A stretch of DNA of 64,000 bases. It comes from Abditibacterium sp. (GTDB taxonomy: Bacteria > Armatimonadota > Abditibacteriia > Abditibacteriales > Abditibacteriaceae). Of this stretch, positions 1 through 10,915 are shown piece by piece. The DNA lies in contig CBDASK010000003.1 of the NCBI GenBank assembly GCA_965199495.1, positions 1,344,001-1,408,000 of the forward strand. Reading direction: 5' to 3'. Positions within the stretch are counted from its first letter, which is position 1; each line of letters begins with the position of its first letter. A model generated the notes under the pieces. That model did not search any database. It worked only from the letters and a program-made list of their open reading frames with translations, and was not told where the DNA came from. The position numbers were made by a program, and so were the translations under genes.

Positions 1-401
1 TACAAACACTTCTTCAAATGCTTGAGCGGATAGGTCGTTTTAAACCACGGATCAAGCATTCCGTGCGGATAAACCAGATAAGGGGTCGAGGTATTGCGTA
101 ACGCTTTCCACGTCGCGTAACCGCCGAATTGCCACAAGCCGCGCACCAATACCATATCGTAGTTGCGGCGATTGGCCCGCAGCCAGTGCGTGAGGCGAGG
201 AGCGTAGGCATAGCCGGTTTTCGCCGGGCCGAACGCGCGAATTTTCAGTGGCGAGTCACGCAGCCACGGCGCGTCGGGCGCATCAAGAGAGGCGATTTCA
301 AAGCGATGCTCGTCTCCCAAAAACCGGTTCATCTGCGTAATGTTTTCGATGGGGCCGCCGCCCGTCGGATCCGTCGAGGTGATGACGTTGAGAATTCTCA
401 A
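1..401 (-). CDS. GT4-family glycosyltransferase (5' part; runs off window edge)
   Basis: Not in the ORF track. Manual translation from TTG at 401 (AGGAGG RBS at 406-411): MRILNVITSTDPTGGGPIENITQM...LVRGLWQF...YPHGMLDPWFK, a typical GT4 N-terminal domain. Confidence 0.85.
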   Translation of the reverse strand, partial: MRILNVITSTDPTGGGPIENITQMNRFLGDEHRFEIASLDAPDAPWLRDSPLKIRAFGPAKTGYAYAPRLTHWLRANRRNYDMVLVRGLWQFGGYATWKALRNTSTPYLVYPHGMLDPWFKTTYPLKHLKKCL

Positions 402-424
402 GCCGCCTCCTAATTTTTCTTGAC

Positions 425-2278
425 TCATGAGGTTTGATGCTTATAAACGGTGCGCGCCCACGCGCCCCACTCACGGTTGAGATCGCGCGCCGAATCGTCA
501 GCGGCTTTTTCGCCGCCGTGCTGGGTCAGCCAGAGCGCGACCGGCACCGAGAACCCGCTTTTGGCGCGATTCACGATGGCATCGGGCAAAGGCCTGCGCG
601 GCGTCGCGGCCAAGTCGGCTTTGGTCAGAGTTTTGTGTGCGCTCAAAGCCACCACTTTGCGCAGCAATTCGATGTCAACGAGCGGCGTGCGCACTTCGAG
701 CGAATGCGCCATGCTCGCCCAATCAGTGTCGCGTAATAACTGGTTCTTCATATACCACGCGGTTTCGAGCGCCGATATTTTCAAATGGGGCGTGCGCAGT
801 CCGCGCGCCGTCGTGTTGAGGCGCGCCATCGTTTGCAGTTCGCGCCAACCCGCGCGCACCATTTCGCCGTCCATGAATTGCGGCAGTTCCCACGGCATGA
901 ACAAGCCACGTCGCAGCAGATAGGCGCCGCCGTAAGTCCCGCCGTATTCTAGTAGGCTTGCATACTTCGGCGATGTGCGTTCGCGCAATAATCGGGCGCC
1001 GACCACGCGAAATCCTTTGCCCAGAACGCCGCCCAGCGGCGCCATTTGAAGGGGACGAGTGGCGCTTACCAAACGCGGGATTTGCGCGAAACTTGGATAA
1101 CCGCCAAAAATTTCGTCGCCGCCCAGTCCAGAAAGCGCGACTTTGGCGCCGATGGACGCTGCCGCCCGACTGACCAAATAGGAGTTCACGCCGTCAATCG
1201 TCGGTTGATCCATCGCGTGAAACAATTTTTCGATCTGGTCGCGGAAATCGGCGCCGCGCACCCGAATCGAATGCTGTCGCATGCCGTAATGGCGCGCGAC
1301 CTCTTCGGCCAAAGGCGTTTCATCGCGGTCGGTTCCGACGTATTCGTCAAAGCCCAGCGTCACCGTCGAGAGCGGTTCCTGCGTGACTTCGCTGGCCAAC
1401 GCCGCCAACGTGGCCGAGTCGCGGCCCGCCGAAAGAAACAGGCTGACTGGCACATCCGAAAGCAAGTGATGCTTCAGACTGTCGCGTAGGGCGTCGCCCA
1501 GTTGCTCCAGATTTTCCGCGTGTGCCCGCGCTTGTCGCGCCGAAGTTTGCGAGCGCGCCGCCTCGCGAGCGAGAGCGTCCGTATGGCGCATTTCGCGCGG
1601 AATATTGCAATAGACACGCGGTGTGCGCGCGCCATTTTCGTCAATCCACAGCGAATGGCCAGCGGGCAAAGCGCGGATGCCGCGATAGAGGGTGTAAGGC
1701 TGCGGCACCGATCCCCACAGAAAAAATCCGACGTGTCCGGCGGGTTCGGGCGCGGTGTCTATTTTGCCACCGGCCAACAACGCTTTGACCTGTGAAGCGA
1801 AACGGATGGCCGAGCCGTTGTCCGCGTAGTAGAGCGGCTTCATGCCGAACGGATCGCAGGCCAAAAGTAGGGCGCGTTTATGGGCATCCCACAAACCAAA
1901 GGCAAACATCCCGCGCAAATCGCCCAACATCGCCTCGCCTTTTTGCGCGTAGAGATGCAGCAAAACTTCGGTATCGCAATCCGAGGTGAATCGGACGCCT
2001 CGCGCTTCTAAGCCGCGCCGCAATTCGGGATAATTGTAGATTTCGCCGTTGAACGTGACAACGAGCGAACCGTCCGCCGAGGCCATCGGTTGCGCGCCAG
2101 CCTCGCTGAGATCAAGAATGGAAAGGCGCCGGTGCGCCAATCCCAGACGCTCGTCCGAGTTCAGATAAATCCCGGCGCCGTCGGGGCCGCGAGAACACAT
2201 ATAATCGCGAACTCGCAGCAACTCTTCTTGTTGCACAGGGCCGTTGTTATAGGAATAGATTCCGGAAATACCGCACAT
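425..2278 (-). CDS. asnB: Asparagine synthase (glutamine-hydrolysing)-like amidotransferase, probably for polysaccharide amidation
   Basis: N-terminal MCGISG (Ntn Cys), RGPDG, HRRLSILDL, FNGEIYN, SGLGGDEIFGGY and SMAHSLEVRTP motifs. Confidence 0.92.
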   Translation of the reverse strand: MCGISGIYSYNNGPVQQEELLRVRDYMCSRGPDGAGIYLNSDERLGLAHRRLSILDLSEAGAQPMASADGSLVVTFNGEIYNYPELRRGLEARGVRFTSDCDTEVLLHLYAQKGEAMLGDLRGMFAFGLWDAHKRALLLACDPFGMKPLYYADNGSAIRFASQVKALLAGGKIDTAPEPAGHVGFFLWGSVPQPYTLYRGIRALPAGHSLWIDENGARTPRVYCNIPREMRHTDALAREAARSQTSARQARAHAENLEQLGDALRDSLKHHLLSDVPVSLFLSAGRDSATLAALASEVTQEPLSTVTLGFDEYVGTDRDETPLAEEVARHYGMRQHSIRVRGADFRDQIEKLFHAMDQPTIDGVNSYLVSRAAASIGAKVALSGLGGDEIFGGYPSFAQIPRLVSATRPLQMAPLGGVLGKGFRVVGARLLRERTSPKYASLLEYGGTYGGAYLLRRGLFMPWELPQFMDGEMVRAGWRELQTMARLNTTARGLRTPHLKISALETAWYMKNQLLRDTDWASMAHSLEVRTPLVDIELLRKVVALSAHKTLTKADLAATPRRPLPDAIVNRAKSGFSVPVALWLTQHGGEKAADDSARDLNREWGAWARTVYKHQTS

Positions 2279-2301
2279 AAGACTGAAGGAAACTGAAGGG
2301 A

Positions 2302-3456
2302 TTAGCGACGCGTCTGCGCCACAATTTGTTCGTAGGCGCGCACGTAACATTCTACCATATGCGCCGCCGAAAACTTCTCTGCCTGGCGCAAACCAGCAGT
2401 CACGCGCACTTGCTTTTCGGCTGCGGTTTCGTCCAAAACGGCGCGCAATCGCACGGCGGCGGCGGTTTCCTCTTTGGGATCAAGGTAAACCGCCGCCTCA
2501 CCGCCGACTTCGGTCATCGGCGCCTCTCCCGTCGTAACGACCCGGCATCCGCACGCCTGAGCTTCGGCAATCGGCCAGCCAAACCCTTCGGCCAGTGAAG
2601 GAAAAAGCAGCGCATCAGCCAACGAATACAATGCGCGCAACGCTTCATTGGGAGGCCGCTCGACAAATATCATCTCGTTTTCTAAATTCTGCGTTTGCAC
2701 GACTTCGCGACTGGCTTCGTCGATCGGCTTGCCCGCCAGCACGAGCAGAGGCGCGCGGTCGGCATCCTCGCGCCGCAAATGATCGTAAATGCGCAGCACG
2801 CCAATCCGATTTTTATACCAGTCGTTGGCTCCGACATGCAACACGAAGCCACGCGCCATCGCTTCGTCGGCACGCGGGCTAAGTAGCACGCGCAAATATT
2901 CGAGCGCCTCGGCTTCGGGCATCGGCGCATAGGGATAATTGAGACCCATTTCGATGACCGTCGTGTTTTGCGGAGAACGCGTCGAAACTTCGAGCAGTTC
3001 GCGGCGCGTATTTTCCGAAATACAGGCGATATGAGGCGCGCGATTTAGACCGCGCAAAATCAAATTTTGCAAAATTTTTCCGGTCGTGCCCGTTGGGTTT
3101 TGCGGCACCAATCCCAGCGCCGAACGGATGGCCAACACATCGTTACAAGTCACCAAAAGCGGTTTATTGCACAAATGCCGCACATACATCGCATTAGAAT
3201 GATCGGTGATATGAACGATGTCGGCGCGCCGTGACGCGCGCTTGAGTAGCGCCGGGAACAAAACGAACTTATCAATGTAACCCAGCCATTTCGCGTTGCC
3301 GGAGGGCGGCGCCCCCGTGCGATTAAGCCGCGCCCGTGGCTGCAACAATTGAACGCGATGACCGCGCGCCCTCAATTCGCTTTTGAGAAGCCTGGCGAAA
3401 CGCTGCATACTTTCCTGACGGTCGGGAGCGTAGTTGCCGATGAGCAGTATTTTCAT
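2302..3456 (-). CDS. GT4 glycosyltransferase
   Basis: LFPSLAEGFGWPIAEAQACG (EX7E) motif. Confidence 0.9.
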   Translation of the reverse strand: MKILLIGNYAPDRQESMQRFARLLKSELRARGHRVQLLQPRARLNRTGAPPSGNAKWLGYIDKFVLFPALLKRASRRADIVHITDHSNAMYVRHLCNKPLLVTCNDVLAIRSALGLVPQNPTGTTGKILQNLILRGLNRAPHIACISENTRRELLEVSTRSPQNTTVIEMGLNYPYAPMPEAEALEYLRVLLSPRADEAMARGFVLHVGANDWYKNRIGVLRIYDHLRREDADRAPLLVLAGKPIDEASREVVQTQNLENEMIFVERPPNEALRALYSLADALLFPSLAEGFGWPIAEAQACGCRVVTTGEAPMTEVGGEAAVYLDPKEETAAAVRLRAVLDETAAEKQVRVTAGLRQAEKFSAAHMVECYVRAYEQIVAQTRR

Positions 3457-3640
3457 AAATAATTGTGGGGGAACTTTTCACAGTCCACGATGACTCGCTA
3501 AAAGCACTGCTTTCGTATCACGCGGCGATTTATAGATGTTCCGGAAAACATTGCCCACATGAAAATCAAGTGAGCGAGACTAAGCTATTCGAATTGGCTA
3601 TATTTACAAATGATGTCGAAAATGAATCACATGTGAACAA

Positions 3641-5035
3641 CTACGAAGATTTAATGCGCTGAGTCATTTTCATTGATGCGCAGCATAATCCTGAGATAAA
3701 AGCCGCAAAACCCAATGCCGTCGGCTGAGGAAACATTCCGTTGAGAATGAGAACTCCGCAAATGGCGAACAAGAGTAGCGGCAAAACATTACTAAGGATT
3801 GCACACCGCACCGACATCCATCCCAAGTACAAAGTTAAAGCGACACGCCAAAGAATAAAAGCGCTCCCTAAAATGGGGCCGCTCTCCAATATGTTGCGCG
3901 ACCATTCGCCTTCTTGCGAAATAAAATAAGCGCCAGCACCGGCTAAGGCAATACCACCATTTGTTCCCAATCCCAAGCCATGCCCTAAAAATGGAGCACT
4001 AAAAAGCGCAAAAACCGGTCTTGTAAATTCATCTAATACTCGAATAACCATATCGCTACCGACAGCTCCAGTTGAACTGGCTGCCCCCTCACTACGATAC
4101 AACAACAAACCAAAACCCAGTTGCACGATGGGAATATTGGAAGCCCCGAAAAGAAGCATTGTCGTAAGACAAATACCAAGCAACCAGCGCGTAATATACT
4201 GCGGTTGCAAAAATACCGCAGCCACAAAACCGAAGACGAATACCAAACCGACATTAACGATCAAAGAGCGACTAATAGAAACGGACATTGCCAATAACAA
4301 TGCGGCAGCAGCGAACGCGGTTAATGCTTTTGCTTGGCGTGCTGATCCATGACTGAATTGCTCATTGACCAAAAATGCAGCAACCGCACCAAAGAAGTAA
4401 ATCGGTCCGGTGACAAACGAAAAAGTCGCCGGGGGACGAATACGGCCACCGGCTCCTGTTATTTGTTCAAAATCGCCCATCACTCCTGCATTGACGATAG
4501 AAAGGGGAGGAGCTAAAAACTGTAGAACCATTAAAATCGCCAATGGGATCGAAAGCACAAACGTCCAATAACCAAATTGCTTGATGTCTTTTGAAGTAAG
4601 CAAATGCCCCATCACAAAGATGAGAGGCAAATGTAAAAAGTCGGCGCGAAAACCATAAAGAGCTGTCGGCACACTACTCGAAGTCAACAACACCCCCACC
4701 GCAAGAGACACAATCGCGATCACACCCAGTGTCGACACAAAAACATTGCGAGGAAAAACACCCGCGCGCCAAGCAAAAAAATAGATCGCGATCACGATGG
4801 GATCGCGAACCACGAGCAACGGCGTTGAAAGGGAAGGCACAATCCACTTGCGCAAAGATCCTTCAAAAATCAAAAGCCAGAAATAAATCCATATTAATTT
4901 TTTGGCGCGCTCAATATCGCGGGCACGCTTCATCCTTGCAATTGCGACTTGTTTTTGTTGCCCGAAATCCTTCGGTACATCTGGTAAGTTCAGAGTTACC
5001 GGCGAGGAGCCGTTAAAAGTTGTGGTCTCGTTCAT
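3641..5035 (-). CDS. Multi-pass membrane protein, Wzy/O-antigen ligase-like
   Basis: About 11 hydrophobic segments, RPPATFSF, SISRS and GHGLGLGT motifs, and position in the polysaccharide locus. Confidence 0.65.
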   Translation of the reverse strand: MNETTTFNGSSPVTLNLPDVPKDFGQQKQVAIARMKRARDIERAKKLIWIYFWLLIFEGSLRKWIVPSLSTPLLVVRDPIVIAIYFFAWRAGVFPRNVFVSTLGVIAIVSLAVGVLLTSSSVPTALYGFRADFLHLPLIFVMGHLLTSKDIKQFGYWTFVLSIPLAILMVLQFLAPPLSIVNAGVMGDFEQITGAGGRIRPPATFSFVTGPIYFFGAVAAFLVNEQFSHGSARQAKALTAFAAAALLLAMSVSISRSLIVNVGLVFVFGFVAAVFLQPQYITRWLLGICLTTMLLFGASNIPIVQLGFGLLLYRSEGAASSTGAVGSDMVIRVLDEFTRPVFALFSAPFLGHGLGLGTNGGIALAGAGAYFISQEGEWSRNILESGPILGSAFILWRVALTLYLGWMSVRCAILSNVLPLLLFAICGVLILNGMFPQPTALGFAAFISGLCCASMKMTQRIKSS

Positions 5036-5042
5036 TACAGTT

Positions 5043-6218
5043 CTATTGTTTCGATTGGTTGTGCGCGATGCCAATGAGTTTCTCAAAAAGAGACACCATT
5101 TTATCTCCGTATTCGTTCCAACCACCCATGTTTTGCACGCGCTGCAAAGCGGCACTCGACATCTGTGCGCGTAGTTCTGGCGTGTCAGCCAAAAGCTGAA
5201 GACGTTCGGCGAGCGCGATAGGGTCGCGGATTGGCAATATAAATCCTTGCACGCATTCTTCTATCAAGTCTTCAACACCCGAATTCGTTGTGCCGATGAC
5301 CGGGCAGGCGCAGGCCATCGCTTGGGCCTGCACCATTGCCAATCCCTCTTCTACACTCGGCAAAACCAAGACATGGCTGCGGCTCATAACCTCTTTCAAG
5401 CGTTCTTGAGGCATATGTCCGGTGCAAGTCACACTCTGGGTTTGAGTATATCTTTCTAAAAAACGTTCGATTTCAGGCGCTCTGCTACCAACGATGGTAA
5501 GAGACTTGTTGGGATGTCGCAACTGTTCAAAGCCTTCTAAGAGATAGCGAATTCCTTTACGTGGCGTCACCGATCCAACGAATAGGACATCGAAACGATT
5601 AGGATCAGGCGTAGCGACCGGCGTGAAACGTGATAGGTCAACACCGTAAGGCACCAGATGAATCTTGCCAGGTTCGAAACCCATTTCCAGAAAAGAACGC
5701 CGCGCGAAACTGGATCCCACAGTAATGGCATCCGCCTGCTCATACTCGCGTTCTTCGCGCTCGACAATCCGGGGGTCGACCTGAAATTTCAAATTGTAGC
5801 GAGCGTACTCCTCGCGCAGAATAGCGTCTTGATTGCGAATATGAGAGCCAGGGCGATCACAAATATAAATGGCACCGCGCGACTGGGCAACTTTGCCAGA
5901 GCGTAAACCCGTGTTTGCCAGCGCCATGAATATATCGCATGCAGGCAGGCGTCCCGCAACATAGCGATCCAACAGGCAGTTGGATCGCCACGCCATCTCA
6001 TCGCTTATCCATTGACCCGACAAACCTAATTTACCGCGCGCCATGTAAAGTGTTTGCAATGGCGGAAAGGAACGAATAAGTTGCGAGGGAAGTTCTTCGC
6101 CGCGCAGTTTAAAGCGTGGATAACCAGTAAAAATAGCCGTCAACTGCTCGCGCAGGTAAAGTTGCCGTGCCAGATCGAAAGTATGAAATTTACCAATTGT
6201 GGAAAGGACAACGTTCAT
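5043..6218 (-). CDS. GT4 glycosyltransferase
   Basis: VLPSVEEGLAMVQAQAMAC. ATG overlaps the upstream stop codon (ATGA). Confidence 0.9.
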   Translation of the reverse strand: MNVVLSTIGKFHTFDLARQLYLREQLTAIFTGYPRFKLRGEELPSQLIRSFPPLQTLYMARGKLGLSGQWISDEMAWRSNCLLDRYVAGRLPACDIFMALANTGLRSGKVAQSRGAIYICDRPGSHIRNQDAILREEYARYNLKFQVDPRIVEREEREYEQADAITVGSSFARRSFLEMGFEPGKIHLVPYGVDLSRFTPVATPDPNRFDVLFVGSVTPRKGIRYLLEGFEQLRHPNKSLTIVGSRAPEIERFLERYTQTQSVTCTGHMPQERLKEVMSRSHVLVLPSVEEGLAMVQAQAMACACPVIGTTNSGVEDLIEECVQGFILPIRDPIALAERLQLLADTPELRAQMSSAALQRVQNMGGWNEYGDKMVSLFEKLIGIAHNQSKQ

Positions 6219-7429
6219 AATTCGCGCGCTCCAATCGTATATTCCAGAGCCGCCAACAAGCCTTCTAAGTCTTGCTGAAAACTCCATCCGTTGATAATTC
6301 GCAGACTTTCTTGCCCCATACGCCGGGCGCATTCGGGATCGGAAGTGATTTTTCGCAAATGCTCGCCCAGAAGATGGACATCGCCGACGGGCACGACAAA
6401 ACCGTTCTTTCCCTCTTTCACCAGATCGGGAGCCGAACCTACGCCTTCCGTCACAATCAACGGTTTGCCCGCGTTCATGACTTCGTTCACGACCAATCCC
6501 CAGGGTTCACGCTCCGAGGGTAGCACAAAGACATCGCAGAGATCATAAAACGCGGGCAGTTCGGTTTGATTCTTAAAGCCTAAAAATTTTATGCTCGACC
6601 AACCCAGTTTATCCGCGTTCGCTCCCAGCATATGTCCCTGCTCACCATCGCCAATGAAGAGGAGGTAAGGCAATGGCTCACGTTTTCCATCGGGCGAGAG
6701 GCGCGCGTAAGCCTCAATTAAATCACCGGCTCGTTTACGCGCAATAAATTTGGAGGCGAACAAAATAACCGGACGATCAGGCTCCAACCCCAATTCGGCG
6801 CGCAGAATTTCTCGCCGTGGCTGTGCTGCGGCGACGCGCGCTTGAAAAAAAGCGTTATCTACCGCATAGGGCATTGAAAAAATGCGCTCGTTAGGCACGC
6901 CATAATGGCGATAGTATTCGCGATTGGGCGAACCGATGGACAGAAAACCGTCCGCGCGATTAAAGATATAACGTAATAAAGCTTCTTTTAATTGGACGGT
7001 GCCACGCGCGCGCAACGCGCTATCCATTTGAGATTCAGCGCGCAGTAACACCTTAATTCCCAACATTTTCGCGAGAGCCAGCGCGCGAAGATTGACGTTG
7101 TGAGCGTAACCGTGCATCCAGAGCGCATCGAAGCCACCGCTTTTCAAGCGCCAGCGTAAACCGCGCGACAACGGGCGCAAAGCATTCACCGGATCTGTGC
7201 TACCGTAAGCGGGCAAAAAATCGTGCTGGTAACCTTCGGTCAATGGTACGTCCCACGTTACGGTTCCACCAAAACCCTCGTCTTGATAACTTCTCATGGA
7301 AAAATCAGACAAAAAGAACGTCTTGAGTTCAATTTCTGGTTGCGACGAAACGAAACGCAGCAGTGGCGCTTGATATTGAATAGGATGCGAAACCAAATAG
7401 GCAACGCGGTAAGGACGAGTTAATTTCAA
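6215..7429 (-). CDS. GT4 glycosyltransferase
   Basis: SHPIQYQAPL N-terminus and VLPSEREPWGLVVNEVM. Confidence 0.9.
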   Translation of the reverse strand: MKLTRPYRVAYLVSHPIQYQAPLLRFVSSQPEIELKTFFLSDFSMRSYQDEGFGGTVTWDVPLTEGYQHDFLPAYGSTDPVNALRPLSRGLRWRLKSGGFDALWMHGYAHNVNLRALALAKMLGIKVLLRAESQMDSALRARGTVQLKEALLRYIFNRADGFLSIGSPNREYYRHYGVPNERIFSMPYAVDNAFFQARVAAAQPRREILRAELGLEPDRPVILFASKFIARKRAGDLIEAYARLSPDGKREPLPYLLFIGDGEQGHMLGANADKLGWSSIKFLGFKNQTELPAFYDLCDVFVLPSEREPWGLVVNEVMNAGKPLIVTEGVGSAPDLVKEGKNGFVVPVGDVHLLGEHLRKITSDPECARRMGQESLRIINGWSFQQDLEGLLAALEYTIGAREL

Positions 7430-7708
7430 GAGATCATTTCCTTTTGCACTATATCGTGGAGCGTGATCAGATTATTAATTTTCAATTCATCTGATAATAT
7501 TTTTATATTTGCGAAGGGCAAAATATAATTGTATTTCTTCAAATTAATTTCACAAAAACAACTTCTAATTAATTTAATTTTCATTTTTCCACCAAGCGAT
7601 TAGAATTTACGTAATTGCTCCTGTCATAGTAGTTCAACTCGGTATTGATTACGAGTGCACAGACAAACTACACGAAAAATAGTAAATTCGCGCTCAAATG
7701 CGTAGCCT

Positions 7709-8329
7709 TTAGCGAGGTTCATCTTCAATCATTTCACGGCCTTCTTTGCCGATCCACGCGTCTTGAAAAGCCAAGAATCGCACCGGACTGTAACGCAATT
7801 TGTGAATACGCTTTTCTTTTTTAATTATAGCGGGATTACCGATGGCCAACGCATAATCGGGCACGTCTCGGCTCACTACGGTAGCCGCACCGACAACTGC
7901 GCCTCGCCCAATTTTCACTCCTGGCAAAATAGTCGAACCCGTCGCAATCCAAGCGTAATCGCCGATGTGAACTTCGCCCAATTTGTGACGCCATAAAGGA
8001 TCTCGTAAATCGTGACTTGCCGTAAGTATCGTCACACCATCATTGATGCAAACAAAGGAGCCAATCGACAATTTATCGTGCAACATAATCGTCGCTCGTC
8101 CGATAAAAGAAGCATTGCCTACGATCAAATTGCTCATCTGACCTTGAATATCCGTTTCGCCAATACAAGCGTCAACGGCGATGTTCGCGCCGCTCCGGAT
8201 AAGGCGATGGCGCCGAGATGCGACTCGCAACAATCCCGGTAAAGTCAGAATACGCTTAGCCCAAGCTTTGAAAAACTCCTGCGAGCCGACGGGCGGGCGG
8301 CTGCGGTGGCTCCACAAATAAGAGAACAT
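7709..8329 (-). CDS. Hexapeptide-repeat (LbH) acyltransferase
   Basis: IGDYAWIATGSTILPGVKIGRGAVVGAATVV...GNPA. Confidence 0.9.
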   Translation of the reverse strand: MFSYLWSHRSRPPVGSQEFFKAWAKRILTLPGLLRVASRRHRLIRSGANIAVDACIGETDIQGQMSNLIVGNASFIGRATIMLHDKLSIGSFVCINDGVTILTASHDLRDPLWRHKLGEVHIGDYAWIATGSTILPGVKIGRGAVVGAATVVSRDVPDYALAIGNPAIIKKEKRIHKLRYSPVRFLAFQDAWIGKEGREMIEDEPR

Positions 8330-8335
8330 AGCGAA

Positions 8336-9520
8336 TTAGTGACTGAGGCTTTGCGCCTTCAATTGCCGCACAAATCTGGCAGCGACAACGGGCAAACTTT
8401 CTTGAGGAGCGCGCTTTTGCAGGTTCAGCGAAGTGGAAGGCGATGCACCATCAAAGCGTTGTAAACGCGGGTCGTTCGGAGGAGGCACGGCTTCCTTACC
8501 ACGCCAGTGCCAATCATGACGATTAACGATGACGGGCAGACCGTGATCCAGTATAGTTGCCGTGGAACTGCTCTTTTCGATCAACTGCCAGGGAGAAGCA
8601 GAAATCCCAAAATCAGCTTTTTGGAGCAAGCGCGAGACATGATCTGCGGATTGCTTGCCCCAAAATACGAAAGTTATATCAGCAGCATATTTACGCTTCA
8701 TCTCTTCCCAAATTGCTTCACCAGCGCTTCCCAATCGTCCGATAGCCATTAAGCGCAACCGTCTTTGCCGTTGTGTGGCCATTTCTATCAAGACGCTTAA
8801 TAAAGGTTCTGCTTCCCACTGGTTATAAAGTGCGCCGAAGAACACACCTGTCCATAGGGGAAACGATTGCTGAGATGAAGCAATAGACGCAGTCTTTTCC
8901 AGCCAAAACGTCTCGAATTGTCTCTGCGCCTCAGGGTCGTCGTTTGATGCGATTGGGATGTTAGCAAACAATGGTAAGTGAGCGGCCTGAAATCCATCGC
9001 GGGTGAGAATCGCCATGTAAACGCCATTGGACGTGGCTATCGCGGCGGGCCGCAACTGACGAGTCATTTGCAGAACATAATGCCGTTGCAGTTTGCCCAC
9101 CGCTCTCTCTTTCAGATTGGCTTCGATGGTCTCCCCGATCCACAATTCATGGAACATGATGTGGAGACGACGTTCTTCGACGAGCTGTCGCAGATTGGCC
9201 GCCAAGCCGCTCACAACGCCTTTGGGATGAAACGCGTAGGGCACGAATTGCAAACTGACCCAATCGGGAGCGAACTCGTCCAAAAAATTGCGAGCGAGTT
9301 CGATGCGTTCATGCCAAGATAAGCTATCGGGCAATCTCAATTGTGAAATTCCATCGTCATTGCGTTGCGGTGTGGTAACATGAGGATCGCTCAACGCCAC
9401 GATCTGGCATTTGACATGGGGTTGCTGGCGCTCGATTTCCCGAGCCAATAAACAGCTGTAATCGCCAACTCCATTGGCGCCCGGTTCCAAGCCACCAACT
9501 AAAAACGTGATCTTCGTCAT
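8336..9520 (-). CDS. Divergent GT-B glycosyltransferase
   Basis: GVGDYS, LQFVPYAF, MFHELW and KSSSTATILDHGLPV motifs. Confidence 0.75.
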   Translation of the reverse strand: MTKITFLVGGLEPGANGVGDYSCLLAREIERQQPHVKCQIVALSDPHVTTPQRNDDGISQLRLPDSLSWHERIELARNFLDEFAPDWVSLQFVPYAFHPKGVVSGLAANLRQLVEERRLHIMFHELWIGETIEANLKERAVGKLQRHYVLQMTRQLRPAAIATSNGVYMAILTRDGFQAAHLPLFANIPIASNDDPEAQRQFETFWLEKTASIASSQQSFPLWTGVFFGALYNQWEAEPLLSVLIEMATQRQRRLRLMAIGRLGSAGEAIWEEMKRKYAADITFVFWGKQSADHVSRLLQKADFGISASPWQLIEKSSSTATILDHGLPVIVNRHDWHWRGKEAVPPPNDPRLQRFDGASPSTSLNLQKRAPQESLPVVAARFVRQLKAQSLSH

Positions 9521-9583
9521 GATATTTTGAGAGTTCTCATCAGTGTTAAAAGCAGTCACATCAAATTAACAATAAATTTGAGG

Positions 9584-10486
9584 CTATATAGTTTGTCCAT
9601 TGGTTCTAAATGGCGCGGCAGATTTAATGCGCTCCTGAACTTTTCCCACATCTTTTATATATATTGTGTTGCCTGACTTCATATTTTTGCCATTGAGAGG
9701 CTTCAACTTCCGACGAAAAGGCGAATAGGTGAAGGTTTTAAAGCCATAACTCATCATCTTTTTATGAAGCGCAGCTTCGTCAAATCCATAGCGATTGCCG
9801 CTTCCATTTAATTCCATGATGACCGCGAGCAATGATTCTTGAGATAAAGTAGCCTCCGCGCCTTTAATGACATTGGTTTCAAAACCTTCAACATCAATTT
9901 TGATAATGGTGGGATGCTGTTCTGCGATAAGGCTATCCAATGTTTTTATGGGAACAGAAATGGAATCCAAATCTTCTTCATCTGTAGATATGACGTGATT
10001 AACGGTGTCTAATCCTGCGGTGAATTTAAGTTCGCCATTTTCGTGACCGACACCAATATTTTTAGCATCTACGTGTCCATAAATACCGTTTAAATCTATG
10101 TTTTTCACCAGGTTGTAATAAGTCGTTGGTATTGGTTCAAAAGATACACATTTTGCTCCAATGACAGCACCCGCTAAAACAGTGTAGGATCCCACATTGG
10201 CACCAACGTCCACGAATACATCTTCTTTTCGCAAAGCGTGGAGCACAAAACCCATATCCTCAAATTCATGCAATCCCGTATAGACGTTTTGGGTGGCTCC
10301 TGTCATACCTGGACTTACGAGTAATTGGGAGTCATTCACGAAACTAACGGCCACGGCCCCAGGCGCTAACCTGCTGCCGATTTGCCAGGCAACAAAGCGT
10401 TTGATAGATGCTAATTTTCGCTTTCTGTTCAAAGGATGATTAGTAATAAATCGCAGCAAATGGAGGATATTGAGTATTTGGTTCAT
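9584..10486 (-). CDS. FkbM-family methyltransferase
   Basis: FVDVGANVG and IKIDVEGFE. Confidence 0.9.
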   Translation of the reverse strand: MNQILNILHLLRFITNHPLNRKRKLASIKRFVAWQIGSRLAPGAVAVSFVNDSQLLVSPGMTGATQNVYTGLHEFEDMGFVLHALRKEDVFVDVGANVGSYTVLAGAVIGAKCVSFEPIPTTYYNLVKNIDLNGIYGHVDAKNIGVGHENGELKFTAGLDTVNHVISTDEEDLDSISVPIKTLDSLIAEQHPTIIKIDVEGFETNVIKGAEATLSQESLLAVIMELNGSGNRYGFDEAALHKKMMSYGFKTFTYSPFRRKLKPLNGKNMKSGNTIYIKDVGKVQERIKSAAPFRTNGQTI

Positions 10487-10727
10487 ATTTTTTTCACAAA
10501 GAAATATTGCTCTTGCAACTTATCTTACATGAAGCTTTAGTTTCGGCGCAATCCCCAAGGAAGAGTTGCTCAGGATCCTGCTCCAAAAACCGGAGAGTGG
10601 ATCAAATGAAGAAAATGTTACAAAAAAGTGGCAATTGCTCGGCAAACATAAACACATTTCAATAATATCGGTAAAGGAGTAAATAAAATGCTTGCTCCAA
10701 TGAGGCGAGAGGCAAGTGATACAAATA

Positions 10728-10876
10728 AATAGCCCGTGCAAAAATCTGAGTGTGTTTACGAATGCAGAGGAATTGAGTGTGAATTAAATCCAACTCACGC
10801 GCGCTAAGTTAGATTTAATCCAGAAAGCAAGTTTCCGACGCATATGCGCCACGTTCAGATTTTTGCACGGACTATT
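10728..10876. mobile_element. MITE-like element with 22-bp terminal inverted repeats
   Basis: AATAGCCCGTGCAAAAATCTGA (10728-10749) vs TCAGATTTTTGCACGGACTATT (10855-10876), 1 mismatch. Internal hairpin ATTAAATCCAACT...AGTTAGATTTAAT. Confidence 0.6.
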
Positions 10877-10915
10877 GATGAATCAGAGCTTCTCTTAGCG
10901 TTCAAAGAACAGAAA

